Below the pieces are notes generated by a model. It did no database searches and was not told the origin of the DNA. It saw nothing but the letters and a program-made list of their open reading frames with translations. From Lepidodermella squamata (taxonomy: Eukaryota > Animalia > Gastrotricha), in the NCBI GenBank assembly GCA_047495785.1, contig JBLDXI010000009.1, positions 2,542,001 through 2,606,000 of the forward strand: a stretch of 64,000 nt of DNA, given 5' to 3'. Positions 39,319 through 50,392 of the stretch are shown piece by piece (position 1 is the stretch's first letter; the number at the start of each line of letters is the position of its first letter). The position numbers and the translations under genes were made by a program.

Positions 39319-42300
39319 TTAATTTTTGGTTATCGGCGTAGTCGGTGGCGATGCTGCTAATGCTGCGGCGTGTTGTTGTAGTTGTTGGTGAAGATTAAGA
39401 CCAGGGTTCCCATAACCGCCGCCCCCTAACAGCCCAGCTGCCAGTAAGGCCTGTTGCATGACGAGGTTAGGATTGCCGGATAACAGAGCCGCTGTTAATA
39501 GTTGAGTAGGATTCGGCGTCTGGTGGAAAGACGGCGCCTGGTTCGGCGCCGCGTTTTGCGCCGGATTCGAGGAGGTCGACGAGGCGGATGGCGACGTATT
39601 GGCGCCGTCCTGATTCGAGCCGGGCTGGTTGTTGTAGCCGCTGTCATGACTAGCCGCGTCGTCCGCATCGGGTGATTGCTGCCTTCGCCGATGTCCCAAC
39701 CTGCCATCGTCCTGCCCGTCGTCCGTGACTTCAACATCGCAATCTTCCTCGTTGTCCATGTCACCAGTCACCCTGCCCTCGCCGTCCTCGTCGCCGCACA
39801 AGCTGTTATCCTCGCCGTCTTCGTTCGGGTTCGAGCATGAATCACCGTCGCCCTTCGACCGCTTGTACTTGGTACGGCGGTTCTGGAACCAAACTTTCAC
39901 CTGAGTTTCGGTCAAGCTCAAACTAGCCGCCAGTTCTTTCCGCTCCTGCCCGACTACGTAGTGATTTTTGTCGAAGGCCTGCTCGAGACGCATGAGCTGT
40001 GTCGGGCTGAACGCGGTGCGAATTCGCTTCGGCTTGCGGAATTGTTGGAAAAACAGACCACCAGGGCCGGGACCGCCGCCTTGACCGAGAACTAAAATAA
40101 AAGTACAAATAAATAATTAACCTCAAATCATATTTTTTTCGTTTTTTTTTCATGTCTCATGATTTTTTCCGAGTGCGCCCATGTCATTATTATTAGATGC
40201 GCATTACTGCGCCGAAGACCTGGTAATAATGGCTTGGCAAATAAAGCGCGTCGGCTTTTTGGCTTTTGGCCCTTTCAAAACACGAGCGCAGCGGCAACAA
40301 TAAGCGCGCAATAATAATAACAATAAAAGCAGGCGGGGGAAATAAGAAGTAGTAAGCCTGAGATAGAAACGGGTTGTCGCGCAAATTGGATACACAGTAT
40401 TTGGATACATATATACAGCATCCCTGAGCAAGTGAGTGAGTATATGCGGTGGTGATTGAGCGACTTGAGCTAACATTATGTTATTATTGTCAAGTGTCGC
40501 AAGGCGCCGCCGCTGCGCCATAAAATCATCTCATTCAGCCGCCTTAACGATTGATGGCACGCTTCAAGTGGAGCTACAAGCCCGGAAGAAGCGACTGCCT
40601 TTTGTCGCACCCTATATGGTAATAGCAATAAATAAGTATCCATGTGACATTGTACATGCTAAACCCGCCCCGTTCCGATATAAGCATTACATGAAGATGG
40701 GCTTTTAAGGCGCTTTGTTGGCTCAGTCATCTGCTGCCTGGCATATGGCCCGGCTCTTGTTAATATTATTTTAAATATGTAACATTATAAGGCGGCAACA
40801 ATGGGAGCGCCGCGGTGCGGGAAGTGCCGGCGGCTGGTTATAGCAGGCGCCCGTTGTCTTCTGCTTTACTTACTTACTGCGGCTTGCTTACACAATAAAA
40901 CAATAATGTTGTAACAATCATCAGCAGGCGAGATGACAATTTGACGAGATGACTCTAAGTAGCAATATAATGTCGACTACTACAACTACTACTATACACG
41001 CCGTGCTTCTACCATTTTGCCTAAGTAAGTGATGATGTATCCATATCCGGCCGCTATCTGCAGCGGGTGTTTGCGCTTCGCACCTCAGCCGACACAATGC
41101 CGGGCGCGCAAATGGCGCCAACCACTTGACTATTTATATTGTTGCAATATTGAGGTCTTGAACGCGCCTGCCTGGCTGGCCCGTCGCGCTATAACAATAA
41201 TAACAATAATCTAGCTCTTGTGCCAAATGGCTACCTATATAAGATAGGCATGGGAAACGCTACTGGCTTTTTAGCGTACGCTCATGATCAAACACGCCCA
41301 CGACGATGCGGCGCCGGAAACTCGCGGCAAAGGTGCGCCGTCAAGTGACGCCCTAAATTCCGGATGGCTAAGTGGCGCATTTAACGCTCGTAAATGGAAT
41401 GACAATGGCGACTCTCAATAAATGCCCCAATACCCATTCCCACTTGATATACAACCGAAAAATTGAGGAAGAATAAAATAAAATAATATATTAAGGCGGA
41501 ATTTTTAATTTCAAAATAAAAATAATGAAAATAATTTCCGACTTACAACTTAGCGCAGGTTGGAACATGCCGGGTGGGCCGCGGTTCAGAAGGAAAGGCG
41601 GGACACCAGCCGCCATGAGTCGAGCCGCCTCAGCGAACGCGTTCTGGTTGGCGCCGCTCAGCGCCTCGGCCGCAATCGCCGCCGCCGTAGCCGGGTTCGG
41701 CACGAAATCTGGCGGCATAGGCATGAGACCACCAGGCGGCGGGGGAGGCAGCAGCATTTCGAAGGGATTGCCCTGGCCGTGGTGGCCACCAAACGGCGGC
41801 CGGTTGAACAGCGCCGCAGCTAGCGCGGCTTGTTGCTCGGGCGAGGCGTTGTGCTGTTGCTGTTGATGTTGTTCAGCGGCTAAAATCGAGGCCAATTGCG
41901 CCTGTAACAACTCGGCTGGTAATTGCTGTTCGGCTGATTGCTTTTGCAGCACCTCGGCCATCCACGGCGGCACGACGTTGGCAAGGTTCGGCGCCATTTT
42001 GCCGCCGTTCAGCCGCCACTGCGCCATCAAATTAGCGGCCTGCTCGAGTTGGGACACCTTCTTACCGCCAGGTGGGGACATTGAGTCGCAGTTCGACCCA
42101 TCCAAATCGCCGCCATCCGAGCCGGAATTATTCGCCGCAGCGTTGTTAGCCGCCACCTGGGCGATGAGCGACGATAAAACGGCCTTGAAAAACACCTCAA
42201 ATTGTTCCGATATTTAAAGAAAAAAATCTAACGAAATTACCTGTTGTTGGTCATTCATTCCATTGCCAGCTGTCATAGCTGCCCGTCTCGCGTGTTCGTA

Positions 42301-42633
42301 AAGAATAGCCGAGGCTAGGTTAGGGGTCGGGGGTCGAGGTTGGTTCCGGGCGACTTTCGACGCCGGGGTTAAATCTTCAGCCGAGACGTTACTACTGTTC
42401 TGATCGGTAGTTTTCTCCAGCGCCGGGGTTCCGTGCCGACTTTTCGGCAACTGCGGCGATGGCGCGGCTGAGGTTGATAGATTTTCGGGAGATTCTGACG
42501 TAGTCGATTTCGCACCCTGTTGTTGTTGTTGCTGTTGCTGTTGGCCGATGAGCGAGTCGATCGAAAACGAACCGAACGATCGCTTCTTGCCAGCCAACGA
42601 GCCGCCACGTTGTTCGGCTGCGGTTGTAGCCAT
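39319..42633 (-). CDS. Emx: Emx/empty spiracles homeobox transcription factor. Exons 42633-42241, ~42156(or 42183/42195)-41547, 40091-39319
   Basis: Homeodomain [61 protein letters not shown]-terminal eh1 motif FSIDSLIG. Phase-compatible GT-AG junctions; the exon 2 acceptor is ambiguous. Confidence 0.93.
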
Positions 42634-43189
42634 GTTATAACTTAAATATCAACGTTAATTTCAGAATAAATAACGCTGCCTAGAAATCTAGCGAAAGTTA
42701 GTTAATGATGACAATAATTAAAATAAGCAGCGCGGCGATTTAAAAGTGATATATCAAAAGTATCAAAGTCAAAATAGATCGCTTTGAAAACGAGCCGCCC
42801 CGGCAATTGAGGGCTGATAATCTGTGAAGATTAGCCGGCCGCTGGTCTCACGCGGCGGTGAGAAACGGGAAGTGCGCGCGTCGAAACTTTTCAACTGCAA
42901 CTCCAACGTCTCGTTACCAGTCCGATTTAACGCGCGACATCCGGCAATCGGTTGCTCTCGCCTTTGTCGGCTGCGCGCGCGCCTAAGGCGATTACCCGAA
43001 ATACCCGAATTGGTGCGTGTCATTTCGGGTAAAAGCGTAGATAATTGGTACAGCCGTGGAAACGTCGTCGGGGCGGAAAACTCGAAATATTTTTATGTGA
43101 CTCGGGCTGCTACTACTATACGTGTCTGAGTATACAAGTGCGACGTGTCAACGCGTTAAGACCGATACAATTATTTATTACGTGCGCGA

Positions 43190-43240
43190 ATGAGCGCGCG
43201 CGCTGATTGGCCGCCGCGCAGCCAATGAGAGCGCGCGGTG
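43190..43240 (-). promoter_or_regulatory. Candidate Emx proximal promoter: inverted pair of CCAAT boxes flanked by GCGCGC tracts
   Basis: GAGCGCGCGCGCTGATTGGCCGCCGCGCAGCCAATGAGAGCGCGCGG, ~570 bp upstream of the Emx ATG. Confidence 0.45.
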
Positions 43241-46200
43241 ACAAGTGCGAAAACGTCGTGTAAAGTACGTCATCGCGCCACCAGTTAATAACAACGAAAA
43301 GCGCATCTCTGTATATATTTATTACAACGAATTGATAGCGCCGCGCGACGACGTCGATGACACATCGAAATTGAAAAACAGGTCAATGCGCTTGTAATAA
43401 CGTAATGAAATTGAACCAACAGAAGCAGCAGCTGTCAATGTCGCCACCTCGCCTGTATCAAGTGAATGTCGGGGCGATGACAGCGCCTCAAGGTCTGGTG
43501 GTGGCATTAAAATTATTCGCGATAAATTGATATATTATAAATAAGAAAGTAAACTAGACAATAATGACGATGATTATGATGAGATGCGATACGATCTCAC
43601 GGGCGGCTTGGGAATTTAATAGATCTGCGAAAACCAATTTACCAATTAGGCATTTTACTGCGCTCATCGCGAAAAGGCGGCGTTTTGAAATACAGTAATT
43701 TTCGTAACAACAGAGCCGCGGCGCCTCGTTGCACTGGGGGTGATGCGCGCTTTTTGAAATGTGATCCCGTATCAGCCGCGCACATGTGCGTGCGCCAACA
43801 AACGGCGCCGCGCAGCGCCTATAACTGCGCCTTTTTACGACGAAGCGGAACGCCACTGGCACTGAGTAACAATTAACTGAGTAGCAGAGGCCGGCAGCAA
43901 TTTGCTGGCCGTTTAGTACCCGTGATCGTATCATAATTCATCGACTTCGAGCACCTAATAACATATGGCAAAACGCCGTTATTAAACGCAAGCCGATCCA
44001 ACAACTCATAAAATAATGTAACAAATTATTACGAAAATTAAGAAATCCTCCTTAAAGAAATATCAAATAAAAAACTGCGCGCAGCTCTTATTATAATAAT
44101 GTGAGTTCCAATTTAAGCGAATAAAAAATCGAGTAATAAAAGTAAACAAAAGGCCATTACCAACTAATTAGGTGTTGAGTTTTTTTAACGAGTTTGTTCA
44201 TTCGAAATAATGAGTGTTTGCCAAGAAAATAAGCGCGGCTCTAGGAAAAAAATCGGCAAGGTGTCTTATTGCGCGCGTGTTGATATTGCAGGGTTATTGG
44301 CACTTTTCGAAGGTTTTAATTACAAGTCATAATACAGTAGTATTAGTCGGTTTAGCTGTGTCGCCGCAGTTGCGAGTGCTGCTGTTGCGACGGGCGCGAG
44401 ATGATGATGATTTCGGAAGTGATAATATTTGTATTCCATTTCGGAGCGATAAAAGCTGGGAAACCGGCCTTTTGCGCGCGCAGCTTTCGCTTATTTGGCA
44501 AACAAAAGTATATTACAATTTATTATTTCTCATCAACTCCTTTTCTGCTCGTCGTCGACGATTTCAATTTCCGGTCGCGCGGTGGTGGCGATGGTAGCAG
44601 GTACCACCCCGCCCTGCCGATCGGTGCCCGGCCGTACAGGCGCAGTTGCGGCCTACCCATCTTCGCGCAAATAAACACGCAGAATATGACAAACTTCCGC
44701 CCGCGCGCGGCTCCGAACATGTAAAATGGCTTCGGAATTGGCCGTTATTAGACGGCGTTTTAGACCGCTATTGACGCGTTCGAACCCCAACGAGCATTGA
44801 TCTGCAAATAAACTCGCGCGCTGTTATATATTAACCACGAAAAGAACAGGAAATTAACTATTAATAAAAATATGCGATTTATTATAAAAGTGAACGCAGA
44901 ATCGGGATGAAAAATATTTTCGAGTGCGCAGTGATGATGATGATGATCGGTGGCGAAGAATGTAAAAATTCACGATTGGTGTATATTAAACTTAATTAAG
45001 ACGAGTTAATTACAAAAGAAGGCGGGCGCACTCATAATTTCCGGCGAAATTGAGACGCGCGTTAATTTCTCATTGTTATTGCTCATGAGCGTCGCGCGTT
45101 TTTGGCCTCGAGTGTGCGCATACGTGCGCGCCAAGGTGTTTGATAGTATGCGGGCGCATCTTAATAATAATAATAATAATAACCCGCGATATGGCTAACG
45201 AGTTTTCAATCACTCATCATAAGTGTAATCATCATCTGGTCGCGGCTACAATAACACTCGCGTCCGTTTTATCATTCAGTTTATTACAACACGCTCTGCT
45301 ACGGAATCACGGTTCAACGCCTGTGTTCACGTCCGTCAATAAACCACAATATTATTATTAAATACCTACCTACCAACTCCTGCTAAAACCGAAAATTAAT
45401 TGAGTACTTCCCGTTTTATCATCGTTGTAATTAATTAAGGTTTTTAATTAATACAATTAGTCTATTGTGTATTTTTCGGTCAATGAAAATAGCGCGTACG
45501 AGGAATTTATTACGGGCGAATTTTTGTGCGCGCCGCTAAATTCCATTCTCGCCTGAGAAAACACGCGCGGCCCACTTCAGACGTCAATTTGTAGCCAACT
45601 CTCATCTTGCAACTTTTAGCGGTGTTTTATTTTAATAACACAGACAACAAACACGATGAATAGGCCGACGATACCGGTAGTTATATACTCACGCCTAATG
45701 GAACAGGCGCGCCGATGCTCAAGAGTTATCCGCGGCCGAAAATCACGTTCCGCGCCCCGCAAATGGCGCGCATTCATAAAATATGATCATGATCATCATC
45801 ATAAATCTCGTGTCTCGTTAGTGTTACATTACGCTTTAATACTCAGCAGCGGCATGTCGATGCTTGGCGCATCACGATCGAAGCGCGCGGCGTGTCTTTT
45901 CGGCCGCAATTTGCCATCAATTATTGCCCCTTGTTCGCATCGCATGTGTTGCTGTTGTTGTGTAATTTTGATGTTTTGCCTTGCTCCTTTATTTATTAGC
46001 CGCCTCTGTGCTCCGCGCCACTGTATCAAGGAAGCATCAAACGATGATGCCAGGGTACAAATATGCTGATACGCCATCGACACCCATTAACAACACAGGT
46101 GGGCTGTATATTGATGAATAATGACGGCTGGTTGGTTGGTATAACATCATATTAATTGCAAATACATGAATCATACACTTGAGTTGACCTGATTAGGAAA

Positions 46201-47182
46201 ATCGACAATCGACCTTATTGAGTTTACTTGGCTAAATTTAAGGGTTTATCGAATTAAAATAAGGTCAAATCATTACCTAATAAGGTTATAAAGATATTGG
46301 TTGAAAAAAATGAAATACAAAATAAAAAAATATTGATATGTTTCTCGATTTTTGACAGTCTTCCGGAGTCGAGAAGTTTGATTTGAACGACGACCAGCTA
46401 CCGAGTCCCCGCTATGACTTTCGAGTTCTCAGTATAGCAAGAAGTAAGAGATGAAGAGAAAAAAACCATTTTTCTTAAGGTTTCACCGAAAAATATTCTG
46501 CAGTTTGTACCATATAATAAGGATTCGCCGAAATTTGCGCCAATTGAACATAACATTTGCGCAGTTTTTAGCGCAGTTGTCGTTTGCGCAAATGTCGCCA
46601 TACGCATACGTTAATAAGTGGCGCAATCAACGGAAAGCACGGATTAATTTGAAGTCTCTCAAAGTTTGAAAGGAGAGAGGCGGTCTATCGCATGACCAGA
46701 GCTTGACCAAATGACTCAAATGACCAAATGACTCCGGAGTCAGCCCGTGGACCACACTGAACAAATTGATGTAAAAACCACTGCGGAACCCTTTTTATAT
46801 TTTTCCGTAGTTTGAAATTTTGTTTTATAAATAATTCGAAGATATGAACCCCTGTTAATTATTAAAATCAGGTCGTTTCTTAAAAATCAGTCCTCACGCA
46901 AAGCCGGCGTCACTATGTTTGCGACGTTTTCTCAAATACCTCGAAATTCTAAGATAAGCATGATAAATAAACACTATCCACAGGCAAAATGCGACTCCTG
47001 AAATTGGTTAAGAGATGAATAATTAGCTTTAAAATTTTTATTCATCTTCTCATTCATCACTCGACTAACATTCTAATATCACCGATCAAGCATCCTCACG
47101 AGTGGAATGAGCACGCGCCTGTTATCTTTAAAGTTCGGCTCAAGCAGTCTTGACCTTGACCTTCGAGCCGTACAGATCAGCC

Positions 47183-47658
47183 TCAGCGCTCAGCCTCCTT
47201 GGGGTTGCCTTGAAGGTGCTTGGGATTGCGAACGTTTTTGGACATGGATCCGCGCTCAGCCTCCTTGGGGTTGCCTTGAAGGTGCTTGGGATTGCGAACG
47301 TTTTTGGACATGGATCCGCGCTCAGCCTCCTTGGGGCTGCCTTGAAGGTGCTTGGGATTGCGAACGTTTTTGGACATGGATCCGCGCTCAGCCTCCTTGG
47401 GGCTGCCTTGAAGGTGCTTGGGATTGCGAACGTTTTTGGACATGGATCCGCGCTCAGCCTCCTTGGGGCTGCCTTGAAGGTGCTTGGGATTGCGAACGTT
47501 TTTAGACATGGATCCGCGCTCAGCCTCCTTGGGGTTGCCTTGCTCAGCGTATACAGCGACAACAGCCTGTTAGAACATAAAAACAGTTAACATTTCATAT
47601 ATATTGTGGTATATTGTAGACGAACCGCTAGAAATATAACAATCAGCAATTTGTTCAT
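47183..47658 (-). CDS. Secreted tandem-repeat precursor, 138 aa. Exons 47658-47626, 47566-47183
   Basis: MNKLLIVIFLA|AVVAVYA signal peptide joined across a 59-nt GT-AG intron, then EQGNPKEAER-[GSMSKNVRNPKHLQG(S/N)PKEAER]x5-stop. TATAAGAG at 47748-47741, Inr-like TTCACTT ~30 bp downstream, AATAAA at 47042-47037. Confidence 0.85.
47187..47541. repeat. 66-bp tandem repeat, ~5.4 units (coding; see CDS 47183-47658)
   Basis: CAGCCTCCTT recurs at 47191, 47257, 47323, 47389, 47455 and 47521; only two variable positions among the full units. Confidence 0.97.
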
Positions 47659-48179
47659 TGCGGGAGGGAAAAAGTCGAGTCGAACCGGGAAATGTTTTCG
47701 CGTTAGAGCAAAAAGTGAAATTCGACGGAGACTCTACCGTCTCTTATAGCCTGCTAACCGGCAGGCACCTGTGCACATTTTATTTTCGCAGAGTTCTTGT
47801 GTTGGAAGTGGAGAAATTTAGCGGCGCAGTATGGTAGTGTGGTCAATGGGGAATTGCTTTGGGCATGCCGTTTGGCTTTTTGAACTAGGTTCGAATTTGA
47901 ACAGCCGCCTAGCCATAAGAATGGCAATAATAAGCGAAGCAATAATAATTTCAACTCGCGGGCAATGTGAGCACGTTTTCGAGTTGTTTCGTAGTTAGAA
48001 AGCGATATTTGAGTAGAAGAGCACTAAATTATACTACACTAAAACGAGCTTATTCTATCAACTTGACAAAAAAATAAACTCTTGGTCAAGACCATATAAT
48101 TTTTCGGTCCAGCCATATCAAACTCAGTTTTGATTAAATTTCTGATTTTTGAATATTACATATTTTTTGAAATTTACAG

Positions 48180-48318
48180 CGTTATTGTCATGGTGGTTGG
48201 CGCCGGTCGAGGTCTATTGGTCACCACTACACTCCGCGCCGCCCGCAAAACCAAATGCCTCGTGAAAGTTTACGCGGTCGAGAAGAACCCGAACGCGATC
48301 GTGACGCTGCGTCACCGA
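48180..48318 (+). pseudogene. PRMT5: Isolated exon fragment of protein arginine methyltransferase 5
   Basis: After a TTTACAG acceptor: [43 protein letters not shown], matching the PRMT5 SAM-binding motifs ([16 protein letters not shown]). No other PRMT5 exons seen nearby. Confidence 0.8.
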
Positions 48319-49044
48319 GTGTTCACAGGGTGCGAAGTACAGGGGTGCTGGGGTGTCGCGACACCCCAGCTCCGGGGCTCTAACCAGATCAAGGCTGAAA
48401 AAACCACAGGGGGGACCCTTTGGTTTCTTCGGCTGGGTCCTAGAATCCACGATCTTGAGTTTGAACTCCACTTTATTAAAGCATATTACGAAAAAATGTG
48501 TCATCAAACATAAATTTATAGAAATTTATGGCTTACTTGACTTGGATAATAATTATTAGGATTTTATTATTGGGTGTGACTTTTTTCTCACTTGGAACAA
48601 AGTTTCACTGAATTTTAGCGAATGCGACTTCAAAAAAGGACTCGGTGACCCTGAATATCAGGTTATTCCGAAGTCGATGTTCATTCGGTAAAGGGTTATT
48701 TGGATTGGGAATAGTTTCGAGCGATAAACGCCACACATCAATACCCGAGATTGCACAGGTTATGATTTTTAGATTTTTAGCTTTCAAGATATACGCCATT
48801 CGGAAGCTGGTAGGACGGGAAATTCGTGCAAAAACCCTGTGTTATTCTTGTTCGACGTTGCGAAACCAACGCAGTAAAGATCTGTCCCGTCTCCATTATT
48901 ACAACGCGTTAATGCATGGGCGTAGAAAATTCGAATTAAACCGGTTTTCTCATTATATCGATCGAGGATGTTCGCTAATCATTGTCAATGCGAATGTCAG
49001 ATGCGGCCAAAATCTAAATAATGAGTTGGAACTCATTATTTTGA

Positions 49045-49095
49045 ATTATTCCAATTAAAACCGCAATTAGAAGACCAAGAATCATGGTATAAAAG
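49045..49095 (+). promoter_or_regulatory. Promoter of cationic gene copy D: CAATTA motifs and TATAAAA (49088-49094)
   Basis: TCCAATTAAA and ATGGTATAAAAGCAGC are conserved upstream of all four copies. Confidence 0.7.
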
Positions 49096-49178
49096 CAGCG
49101 GCAGCTAAGTTCGAAATCATCAACCATCTCTCGCTCCAAACTAATAATTTTTCTTCAACCAATTCTCCTTCAATAACA

Positions 49179-49692
49179 ATGCGTGCTTTCCTCGCTATTG
49201 CTGTTGTCGTCTTGCTCGGACTTGGTATTTCCTAAGCTTTATTGTAACCTAACGCTCTACATTCTCCAAACTGTTTCAGCCTACTCCGAGGCTAAGGTCT
49301 GGAATGTCGAATCGAAAGAAATGCACCGCCACTACGAGAAGAAGGTCAGCGCCTCGGCGAGCCGATCCTACGAGAACAAGCGCGGCTTCAGCAAGAAGTT
49401 CGCCCCGAAGAAGTTCCACGGCGGCAAGAAGTTCGGCGGCCGCAAGATGAACAAGCGCCGCGGATCCTACTCCAAGTCGGTCTCCAAGTCTGTTTCGTAC
49501 TCCAAGTCGGTCTCGTTCTCCGGCAACCGCTGGGGCAAGAACAAGCGCTTCGGCGGTCGCAAGTTCGGCAAGCACGGCAAGAACTTCGGCTACGGCCGCA
49601 AGGGCGGCAAGTTCGGCCACGGCAAGTTCGGCGGTCGCAAGGCCAACAAGGGCTCGTACTCCGTCAGCAAGTCGGTCAGCGTCTCCAACTAA
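49179..49692 (+). CDS. Secreted cationic Lys/Gly/Ser/Phe-rich protein, copy D (152 aa). Exons 49179-49224, 49280-49692
   Basis: MRAFLAIAVVVLLGL|AYSEAK...; TATAAAA upstream; AATAAA at ~49733. Confidence 0.9.
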
Positions 49693-50392
49693 AAGAAAAA
49701 CCTCAAAACGCTATAAATTATAATAATTGAACCAATAAAATATTGTGAAATCGATTTTTGTGAATAAAATCAAGATGAATTACCTTACTGCCCGAATCGT
49801 TGATGGGCGTGTGCTTTATTTTTTCAAACCAAGTCGAAACCCCGTCTTATATTTGAGGCCCGACATTTATTATTTCGAACCCTTCTCACTATACAACGCT
49901 TACAGTCGTCAGTCGCTTCTGAATCGGCCTCTAAGAAGATCGGCATATGCGCGGTTTTTAACCGAGGAGAAGGCGATGATGATGACGTAGTAGAATTCAA
50001 ATTCAAATTAAACACTTTTGAAATTCATCAATAAATCATGAAATGATGATATACGCGTGACGACCTGACCATTATTGAGGCCTGACCTTTATTTATCTGT
50101 TCTACTTTGATCTACCCAGCTTTTTCGCAAAAATAAGTGAAGACGTGCTTCAGTTCGAAATCCGTTATGTAATTGATACGACCCGTTTCTCTGATTTTTA
50201 CTAAGGGAAACGGCTTTAATAAAGTAAAAAATCTTAATAACTTAATCAATATTTAAATGCTACAACTTTTCAATGCGCAGGGTGCAGAAGAGGTTCTCGT
50301 AAACATTTTAGCTTAATTAGCACAATTTTTGTCGGGTATGACATACATTCACACTTCAAGACAAATCACTCTCAAAAAATTAGGAAATTGAA

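Noticed and set aside
42769-46083. Numerous 60-140 aa ORFs upstream of Emx
   Set aside because: No recognisable domains, overlapping on both strands, and typical of GC-richer regulatory DNA.
47187-47541. CRISPR array or non-coding minisatellite
   Set aside because: Units are identical with no unique spacers, the context is eukaryotic, and a spliced signal-peptide ORF explains the repeat.
47107-47590. Plus-strand repeat ORFs (QPPWGCLEGAWDCERFWTWIRA and ALSLLGVALKVLGIANVFGHGS) as toxin- or AMP-like peptides
   Set aside because: No signal peptide or promoter. One frame is broken by the variant base that is synonymous in the minus-strand frame, and the other lacks an ATG. They are shadows of the real gene.
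47754-47954. 66-aa ORF with a signal-peptide-like start
   Set aside because: TTG start, no supporting splice or promoter signals, and it lies in the promoter region of the repeat precursor.
49380-49650. Classical amidated neuropeptide precursor (FG-G-RK sites)
   Set aside because: Cleavage at all dibasic sites would release mostly 2-4 residue fragments, there are no acidic spacers, and the (SX)n blocks would be unexplained. Kept only as a minor alternative.
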